Shown here: piece after piece, positions 24,250 through 30,735 of the stretch
How positions within the stretch are numbered: position 1 is the stretch's first letter
Layout: every line of letters starts with the position of its first letter
From: Chloroflexota bacterium
GTDB taxonomy: Bacteria > Chloroflexota > Limnocylindria > Limnocylindrales > CSP1-4
Assembly: GCA_031395155.1 (NCBI GenBank)
Contig: JANNUK010000352.1
Coordinates: 1 to 33,801, forward strand
Direction of reading: 5' to 3'
Length of the DNA stretch: 33,801 bases
Notes under the pieces: model-generated
Seen by the model: the letters and a program-made list of their open reading frames with translations, nothing else
The model's database searches: none
Told to the model about the DNA's origin: nothing
Position numbers and translations under genes: made by a program

Positions 24250-26156
24250 CCCTTCACAAACCCTCCTGATAGACCGGAGATGATCCGGCGGTGGAATAGA
24301 AGGACAAGCAACAGGCAGGGGATCACCGCGACGATCGCCGCCGCGGCGAGCAGATTCGGTGGCGGCATCTGATTGAGCGGCCCTGGGAAGTTCTGGATCC
24401 CCGTGATCAGGCGGGTGATCGTGACGGCTTCCCGATTGCCCAGGATCACGGCGAACAGGAACTCGTTCCAGGTCCCGATCAGGATGAGGATAGACGCGGC
24501 TGCAAGCCCCGGGCGAGCCGCCGGGATGGTGACACGGAACAGGGTTCCCAGGCGTGAGCAGCCGTCGATTCGGGCGGCCTTCTCGAGCGAGACCGGGACC
24601 TCCAGGAAGAAGTTGCGCAACAACCAGATGATCAGGGGGAGCCAGAACGCCACATTGACGATGACCAGCGATGCCACGGTGTCGGTCAGGCCCAGGATCT
24701 GGAAGATGCGCAGGACCGGGATCGCCATGACGATGGCCGGGACCATCTGGACGATGATGAGGAGGGCGAGGGTCGTCGACTTGCCGGGCAGCTCATAGCG
24801 GGCCAGAGCGTAGGCCGGCGGCGCAGCCAGGATGATGACGAAGAGCGTCGTCAGGAGCGCGGTCTGCAGGCTGACCCACAGTGAGCCCACCCAGCGCGGG
24901 TCGCCCGCGATGATCTGGTAGCCATCCAGCCACAGGTTCGACGTCAGGGCCGGTGGCTGCTGGGCCAGGGCGGCGAACGGCTGCAGGCTCGCGATGACCA
25001 TCCAGGCGATCGGCGCGATGAAAAAGAAGAAGAGCGCCGACACACCCAGCCCGAACGCGATTCGGCTGACCCAGGCCGGGAATCTGATCCAGGACCGCGC
25101 CCGCTCGGCATCCGGCTGGGCGTCGCTGGTCCAGGCCACACGTGATGACCGGGAGCCCAGGCGAAGCGAGGTGCGCGCGGATGCGGCGGCGTTCTCGGCC
25201 TCCTCGTCGACAGGCGGCCCGACCGGCTGGCGGCGACGCAAGAACACCAGGATCAGGAGGCTGGCCGCGACGATGATCGCGAACAGGACCACGGTGATCG
25301 CCGCGCCATAGCCGAGACTGATCTGCTCAAATGTGATCGTGTAGATCGCGTAGATGAGCACGTACGTGTCGCGACCCGGACCACCGCTGGTGAGGCTGTA
25401 CAGCAGGTCGAACACCTGGAGCCCGATGATGATCTGGAGGACGCCCACGACGATCAGCGTGTTCTTGATCGCCGGCAGCGTGATGAAGCGGAAGGATTCC
25501 CATGCCGTGGCGCCGTCCATCCGGGCCGCCCGATAGTGCGCCTCCGGGATGGTCCTCAATGCGGCGAGCAGGAGCACCGCGAGGAGTGGGACCGATCGCC
25601 ACGATTGCGCGATGAGCGCGATCACCACGGCCTGAACCGTGTTGGCCAGCCAGTTCAACGGTTCATCGAGAAGCCCGATCCCGATGAGGACCCCGTTCAC
25701 GATGCCGAAGTTGGTATCGAAGATGAATCGCCAGAAGATCCCGGCCACGATCGACGCGACCGCCCATGGCATCAGCAGTCCCATGAAGAAGATCGAGGCG
25801 CCGCGAAACCCCCGGTTGAGGGCCAGCGCCGTGATCAGGGCCAGAGGCAGGGTAATGGCGGTGGACATCGCGGCGAAGAAGATGGTCCGTGGGATCGCCG
25901 CCAGGACCTCCAAATCGGCCGGGAGTCGGGTCAGGTAATTGCGCAATCCCACGAATGGGGTGAGATCGTCCTTCGCGAGTTCGATGCGGAAGAGGCTCAA
26001 CCCGAACACGGCAAGCGTCGGGGGAAGGACGATCAGGCCCACCAGGAGCAGACCCGGGACGGACACCAGGAGGGCGAAACGCTGTTCGCTCAGCCGATCG
26101 AGGCGGCGCGACAGGCGGCCCGCCCCACGACTGAGTGCCGCCCCGGCTAGCGCCAT
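24246..26156 (-). CDS. Fused double ABC permease (MalF-like + MalG-like halves in one polypeptide)
   Basis: This is the single ORF 24246..26225; I prefer the ATG at 26156, which has GGAGG 10 nt upstream. It has two complete BPD_transp_1-type halves, each with its own EAA loop (EAHYRAARMDGATAWESFRFITLPAI and SLEKAARIDGCSRLGTLFRVTIPAA). A linker of about 50 aa (RRRQPVGPPVDEEAENAAASARTSLRLGSRSS...) joins them. Confidence 0.85.
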   Translation of the reverse strand: MALAGAALSRGAGRLSRRLDRLSEQRFALLVSVPGLLLVGLIVLPPTLAVFGLSLFRIELAKDDLTPFVGLRNYLTRLPADLEVLAAIPRTIFFAAMSTAITLPLALITALALNRGFRGASIFFMGLLMPWAVASIVAGIFWRFIFDTNFGIVNGVLIGIGLLDEPLNWLANTVQAVVIALIAQSWRSVPLLAVLLLAALRTIPEAHYRAARMDGATAWESFRFITLPAIKNTLIVVGVLQIIIGLQVFDLLYSLTSGGPGRDTYVLIYAIYTITFEQISLGYGAAITVVLFAIIVAASLLILVFLRRRQPVGPPVDEEAENAAASARTSLRLGSRSSRVAWTSDAQPDAERARSWIRFPAWVSRIAFGLGVSALFFFFIAPIAWMVIASLQPFAALAQQPPALTSNLWLDGYQIIAGDPRWVGSLWVSLQTALLTTLFVIILAAPPAYALARYELPGKSTTLALLIIVQMVPAIVMAIPVLRIFQILGLTDTVASLVIVNVAFWLPLIIWLLRNFFLEVPVSLEKAARIDGCSRLGTLFRVTIPAARPGLAAASILILIGTWNEFLFAVILGNREAVTITRLITGIQNFPGPLNQMPPPNLLAAAAIVAVIPCLLLVLLFHRRIISGLSGGFVKG

Positions 26157-26190
26157 GCCACGCCTGCCTCCACTGGATCCACGCCAACCT

Positions 26191-26217
26191 CCCGGTGAAC
26201 CCGGTGAGCCCGGTGAT
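26191..26217. repeat. Three tandem 9-bp repeats (CCCGGTGA+N) in the permease leader
   Basis: The plus strand reads cccggtgaa cccggtgag cccggtgat, which is TCACCGGGN x3 on the coding strand. It lies between operator copy d and the ATG at 26156. If the TTG at 26225 were used it would encode SPGSPGSPG. Confidence 0.7.
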
Positions 26218-26233
26218 GATGGCAATGTCTACT

Positions 26234-26253
26234 GTCGATTGTCAACAATAGCC
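26234..26253. promoter_or_regulatory. Operator-like palindrome, copy d (GTCGATTGTCAACAATAGCC)
   Basis: The core ATTGTCAACAAT is at 26238-26249, with one mismatch. It sits in the gap between the VHPO-like stop (26281) and the permease start. On the gene strand it reads TATTGTTGACAATCGAC and contains a TTGACA hexamer. Confidence 0.6.
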
Positions 26254-26280
26254 ATTGCGACAACCGCCTCGCCGGTCGGT

Positions 26281-27696
26281 TCACCGCAGGCTCCCATCGC
26301 GGCTCGCCCGCGCGACCGCGAGCTCGCCGATCTGGCGTCCCACGTCCAGGCCCACCTCGTTATCGCTGCGCCAATGGATGCCGCCATACAGGCGCGATAC
26401 CGCCGCCTCCTCGGACTGCTGGGTGAGCGATGCGCGATCAGCGGGAAAGAAGGCGGACAGGACGAACGAGCTGGCACCCGAGAGGGTCGAATGACCGGAG
26501 ATGTAGGCCGGGAAGTTGGGGGTGATGATTGTCGAGGCGAAGCCCGGGATCAGCCCGACCGGTCGACCCGACCAATAGGCGTACTTGGCGTCCCAGCACG
26601 CGATGAACGCATCTGCCTGGGCGATCGCAAGGTAGGTGAGGACGCGTGCCGTCGACTGGAGCGACAGCGCGTCTCGAGCAGTCAGTCCGATGGCGATACG
26701 CATCCAGTGCCCCGGAGGGGTATCGGTCCCCGAACCGTCCGCCCAGAACCGCGCGATCCCGATCTGTTCGTCCGTGAGCTGCTCGTTCACTCGGACGACC
26801 TCGTCGGCTTCCGCCTGCCACTCCGGCGACCCGTAGATCGGCGGGGGGCCGGGCCGGAGATCCGAGCCGCTGCCCATGAGCCAGGGCCGCCAGGTCCCGG
26901 CCAGGGGCTCGGTCGGCTGGTCGTTCCGGAATGGCTTGGCGGGCACCCATCCCCCGGGCTGGTCGGGAATCGTGCCCTGCCAGAAGGCCGACCCGCCGTC
27001 GCTCTCGGCGCGCGCGACGGCCAGGGCCCCGATCGCCTCGCCTATTGCGGTGCCGGCGGCAAGATCCGAAGCAGTGTGCGTCCCGACGGCGAGTTGGACG
27101 CTGCGCAATTCGTCGGCATGTCCTTCGAACGTCGCTGAGCGGTCCGGATAGATCGTCGAGAGGACCGCCACCGCTGCGGCCGCGATCGCGGCATCCACCG
27201 CGGCGTGGCTGGAAAGTTCGTCCGCCGGTGCGAGCACCTTGATTCGAGAATCGCGCTCGACTGGCGCAGATCGCGGGTACGCGAGCTTGGCGTCGCACGC
27301 GGCAATGATCGCGTCGTACATGGCGGCGTTCAGAAGCGCGAGGGTCCGCGAGACCCGCACGGGATTGGTCTTCGCGTCCCTGACGGCCGTCAGCAGGATC
27401 TCGTTCCAGCGGACGGGGGAGGGACCCGACGTCCAGTAGGCGATCTGGTCGTTCAGACTCGAGGCATCTACCTGGCCGGCGACGATCTCGTCGAGCTCAC
27501 GACGATCCTCGGCCGATCCGATCTCAACCCGGGGGGCCAGCCGGACATCGCTCGGCCGCTGCATGAGGAGCGGCTGCCAGCGGGCGGGCGCCTCGGCCCG
27601 CGCGGACCGCACGACGAAGGTTCCGGCCACGAGGGCGACGACCGTCGCCACCAGGATGATCAATCCGAACCGGGCCTTGCGTGCGCGCGAGGTCAT
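26281..27696 (-). CDS. Secreted PAP2-superfamily protein, vanadium-dependent haloperoxidase-like / acid-phosphatase-like
   Basis: The start is ATG 27696 (TGATG overlap with the upstream stop) or GTG 27699. The N-terminal signal/anchor is FGLIILVATVVALVAGTFVVRSARA. All three PAP2 motifs are present: KYAYWSGRP (Kx6RP), YISGHS (SGH) and SRLYGGIHWRSD (SRx5Hx3D). The N-terminal helical domain (WNEILLTAVRD...LLNAAMYDA) is as in bacterial VHPO-like proteins. Confidence 0.7.
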   Translation of the reverse strand: MTSRARKARFGLIILVATVVALVAGTFVVRSARAEAPARWQPLLMQRPSDVRLAPRVEIGSAEDRRELDEIVAGQVDASSLNDQIAYWTSGPSPVRWNEILLTAVRDAKTNPVRVSRTLALLNAAMYDAIIAACDAKLAYPRSAPVERDSRIKVLAPADELSSHAAVDAAIAAAAVAVLSTIYPDRSATFEGHADELRSVQLAVGTHTASDLAAGTAIGEAIGALAVARAESDGGSAFWQGTIPDQPGGWVPAKPFRNDQPTEPLAGTWRPWLMGSGSDLRPGPPPIYGSPEWQAEADEVVRVNEQLTDEQIGIARFWADGSGTDTPPGHWMRIAIGLTARDALSLQSTARVLTYLAIAQADAFIACWDAKYAYWSGRPVGLIPGFASTIITPNFPAYISGHSTLSGASSFVLSAFFPADRASLTQQSEEAAVSRLYGGIHWRSDNEVGLDVGRQIGELAVARASRDGSLR

Positions 27697-29396
27697 CACG
27701 GCGCACCGTTCGAGGTGACCCGGATGACCTGATCCGCCTGCACCGACCCGAGGTTGGTCGTTGTGGCATCAGACCATGTCACGACGACCTCATCGGCCAT
27801 CTCGGCCTGCCCAAGCCCAAAGTAGAGCTCCTGGGGCATCCCGGCCAGGTAACTTCCTCCGAGGAGCGCAACCTGCGTTGTTCTGATCCCGCCGACGTCG
27901 ACGGTCACACGGGCGCCGGCAGCCTGGGCGCCGGCCCGGCTCAGATCCACGGTAAGCCAGTGCTGGTCGGACGTCCCGTTCTCCAGCAGGACCACGGAAT
28001 AGGCCACCTGGGTCACGAGCAGGTCCGGCCCGCCGTCGCGGTCGTAGTCGAATGGGATCACGGTCCGCTGATCACCCGGGATATCGCAGCCGTTCCCGAT
28101 CGCGCGCACCAACGCCCGCTCTCCCGTGCCCAGGAAGAGACGGGCGTTCTGGCCGCGAAGTTCGGGGCTTTGCTGTGCGATGAATTCCTGCATGCCCTGG
28201 ACGACGTACAGGTCCAGCCGGCCGTCGAGATCCATGTCCGTGAAGGCGGTCCCCCAGCCCCAGCCGGTGTCCTCGACACCCATCCGGGTGGCGTCATCGA
28301 CGTAGGTCAGTGTGCCGTCGGCGGCGCGTCCCCCGATCAGCAGCGTATTCCCGGACCCGGTTCCGAACTCGTTGTTGGGATCCGTGATGTTGGTGACGTA
28401 CAGGTCCAGCGCTCCGTCGTTCCCGAGATCTGCGACGGCGATCCCCATGTCGTTGCCGACATGACCCACGCCGTGCTCGTCGGAGGCCAGGCGGAATTCG
28501 CCCTCGTGATTCTCGAAGAAGAGGTCGCCCCGATGGTCCAACGCGACGTACAGATCCGGCCAGCCATCCCCGGTGAAGTCGGCGAAGACCGAACTGAAGC
28601 TGTCGGCTGTGACCTGGCCGAGATGGACTTCGCTGGTCACGTCCTCGAAGCGAAACCCGCCGAGGTTCCGGTACAACCGGTTCTGACCGGGGAAGCGACC
28701 CTTGATGCTCATCGCGTCGCGTCCGGGGTCTCCACCAAGCTCCATCGTCCAGTAGGTCACATACACGTCGAGGAGCCCATCGCGGTCGTAGTCCGCCAGC
28801 GACAATCCACCGACGAGATAGCCGACGGGATCGAACCCGGAGTCCTTGGTCACGTCGGCGAAGGTGCCATCACCCTCGTTTCGATAGACCTTCGATGGGC
28901 TGCCGGTCTTGTTCCCGTCCCAGTCGTTCATGACGATCAGGTCGAGCTGGCCATCGTTGTCGAGGTCGACGAAGGCGGCGGCGCGGCTCCCGCCCTCGTT
29001 CGTGAGCCCCGCTGAGTCGGTGGCATCGACGAAGTCCGCCTGGCCGGTCGCGCTGAGTTGATTACGGAAGAGGCGATTCGGGTGGCCGAGCTGGCCGAGC
29101 AGCAGGACGCTCAGGCTCCCATCGTCGAACACATCCGCGACGGCCGCACCGTTGCCCATATTGCGAAGCATCATCGCGGCCATGGGTTCCAGGGCGAAGG
29201 GCGTGGTCCCGTAGGCACCGCGATACGAGAGTCCTCGATCGGTCGCCACGTCGCGGCAGAGCTTCGGCGCGGCGGTCGCGGGTCGAGTCAGAACCAGCCC
29301 GCCCGCGACCAGCAGGACCGAGGCCGCGACGACGACGATCAGCGCGGCGATGACCATCCGGCGGCGTCCGATGATCGATCTCGCGGCTATGCTCAT
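27696..29396 (-). CDS. CRTAC1-family protein (FG-GAP/VCBS repeats + ASPIC/UnbV C-terminal domain), membrane-anchored or secreted
   Basis: From ORF 27696..29483. The ATG at 29396 is preceded by GAGGAGAGG. The N-terminal hydrophobic segment is MVIAALIVVVAASVLLVAGG. It has six DxDxDGxxD-type repeats (FVDLDNDGQLDLIV, LADYDRDGLLDVYV, FADFTGDGWPDLYV, VADLGNDGALDLYV, FTDMDLDGRLDLYV, FDYDRDGGPDLLV). The C-terminal ...GGSYLAGMPQELYFGLG is UnbV/ASPIC-like. Confidence 0.8.
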   Translation of the reverse strand: MSIAARSIIGRRRMVIAALIVVVAASVLLVAGGLVLTRPATAAPKLCRDVATDRGLSYRGAYGTTPFALEPMAAMMLRNMGNGAAVADVFDDGSLSVLLLGQLGHPNRLFRNQLSATGQADFVDATDSAGLTNEGGSRAAAFVDLDNDGQLDLIVMNDWDGNKTGSPSKVYRNEGDGTFADVTKDSGFDPVGYLVGGLSLADYDRDGLLDVYVTYWTMELGGDPGRDAMSIKGRFPGQNRLYRNLGGFRFEDVTSEVHLGQVTADSFSSVFADFTGDGWPDLYVALDHRGDLFFENHEGEFRLASDEHGVGHVGNDMGIAVADLGNDGALDLYVTNITDPNNEFGTGSGNTLLIGGRAADGTLTYVDDATRMGVEDTGWGWGTAFTDMDLDGRLDLYVVQGMQEFIAQQSPELRGQNARLFLGTGERALVRAIGNGCDIPGDQRTVIPFDYDRDGGPDLLVTQVAYSVVLLENGTSDQHWLTVDLSRAGAQAAGARVTVDVGGIRTTQVALLGGSYLAGMPQELYFGLGQAEMADEVVVTWSDATTTNLGSVQADQVIRVTSNGAP

Positions 29397-29422
29397 CCTC
29401 TCCTCAGGCCGGGCCCTGGACG

Positions 29423-29442
29423 GGATACTGTCGACAATCGAT
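29423..29442. promoter_or_regulatory. Operator-like palindrome, copy e (GGATACTGTCGACAATCGAT)
   Basis: The core ACTGTCGACAAT is at 29427-29438, with one mismatch. It lies 31 nt upstream of the CRTAC1 ATG (29396). Confidence 0.6.
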
Positions 29443-29556
29443 GCCGGAGTGCCGCGACGATAGCGATTCCCCGGCGTCTCCACAAGGTCCAGTCCGATTT
29501 CGGACCGCCGACCAGTGGTGGTTGGCTGCTGCCTTGACGCTCGGCGCGTTCGACCG

Positions 29557-29576
29557 GTAGATTGTCGACAATCTAC
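29557..29576. promoter_or_regulatory. Operator-like palindrome, copy f (GTAGATTGTCGACAATCTAC, perfect 20-bp palindrome)
   Basis: All 20 positions are self-complementary. It ends 39 nt upstream of the ATPase-2 ATG (29616). TAGATT and TACGCT (TAnnnT, -10-like) overlap or flank it. Confidence 0.75.
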
Positions 29577-29615
29577 GCTGTGGTCATCGGTGCCCGCCAG
29601 CTGCGGAGAGGGTCA

Positions 29616-30722
29616 ATGGTCGTCGCCTCGCTCAGCCTTCGCCATCTCGCGCGCCGCTATGGGCACGTTCGCGCCGTTGATGACCTGGATCTCGAGGTCC
29701 CGGATGGCGCGTTCGTGACGCTCCTCGGCCCGTCGGGTTGTGGGAAGAGCACGACGCTGAACCTCATCGCCGGCCTCGATCGGCCCGATGCCGGGACGAT
29801 CCTCCTGGGTGATCGAGATGTCACGTCGGTGCCCCCGAACGAGCGTCGGATGGCGATGGTCTTCCAGAACTACGCCCTGTACCCGAACATGACGGTGTTC
29901 GAGAATATCGGCTTCTCCCTGAGGCTCCGTCGAACGCCGGCCACGGCGATGACAGAACGGGTCACGGCCGTCGCCGAGATGCTCGATATCGGCCACCTGC
30001 TCCATCGCAAGCCGGCCCAGCTGTCCGGCGGACAGCAGCAACGCGTGGCGCTGGGGCGGGCCCTCGTCAAGCAACCGCTCGTGTTCCTGCTCGACGAACC
30101 ATTCAGCAACCTGGACGCCGCGCTTCGTGCCCGGATGCGCACCGAGGTGAAGCACCTCCATCTGGCGCTCGGGACGACCAGCGTCTTCGTGACCCACGAC
30201 CAGGAAGAGGCGATGACGCTGTCGGACATGATCTGCGTCATGCGCGACGGGAAGATCGTCCAGTCCGGGTCCCCGGGGGAGATCTACGGCAAGCCTCAGA
30301 CGATCTATGTCGCCGAGTTCGTCGGCAAGCCTCGGATGAGCCTGCTCGACGGCTCGCTCGAACACGGCGCCGACGGTGTCACATTCATCCGGGCCGACCT
30401 GCGCATCGATCTTGGCCCGGCGGCCGGACTCGGCCTCAAGGACGGGGCGTGGCCAACGGTCGCGCTCGGCGTCCGGGCGGAGGACGTCATCGTCCATGTC
30501 GGCGGATCGGCGGTGGGACGGGCATCCTTTCCCGCGACGGTTGGGCTGACGGAGCCCATCGGTTCGGACACGTTCGTCGAACTCGACGTCGGCGACGCCA
30601 CCATCGTCGCCCGCGTGGATCCGGACCTGCCGATTTCGCTGGGCCAGTCGGTCTCGGCCGAACTTCGGTCGTCCGCGATCCACCTCTTCACCAGGGAAAC
30701 GGGCGAACGCATCATCGCCTGA
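29616..30722 (+). CDS. ABC transporter ATP-binding protein, MalK/UgpC/MsiK-type (NBD paralog 2), not adjacent to any permease
   Basis: From ORF 29562..30722; the TTG at 29562 lies inside the operator. The ATG at 29616 is preceded by GGAGAGGG. Motifs are GPSGCGKST, LSGGQQQRVALGRAL and VFLLDEPFSNLD. Long identical runs with 18111..19220 include PPNERRMAMVFQNYALYP, RMRTEVKHLHL and LGTTSVFVTHDQEEAM. Confidence 0.9.
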   Translation: MVVASLSLRHLARRYGHVRAVDDLDLEVPDGAFVTLLGPSGCGKSTTLNLIAGLDRPDAGTILLGDRDVTSVPPNERRMAMVFQNYALYPNMTVFENIGFSLRLRRTPATAMTERVTAVAEMLDIGHLLHRKPAQLSGGQQQRVALGRALVKQPLVFLLDEPFSNLDAALRARMRTEVKHLHLALGTTSVFVTHDQEEAMTLSDMICVMRDGKIVQSGSPGEIYGKPQTIYVAEFVGKPRMSLLDGSLEHGADGVTFIRADLRIDLGPAAGLGLKDGAWPTVALGVRAEDVIVHVGGSAVGRASFPATVGLTEPIGSDTFVELDVGDATIVARVDPDLPISLGQSVSAELRSSAIHLFTRETGERIIA

Positions 30723-30735
30723 GGCCGAGCGTCCT

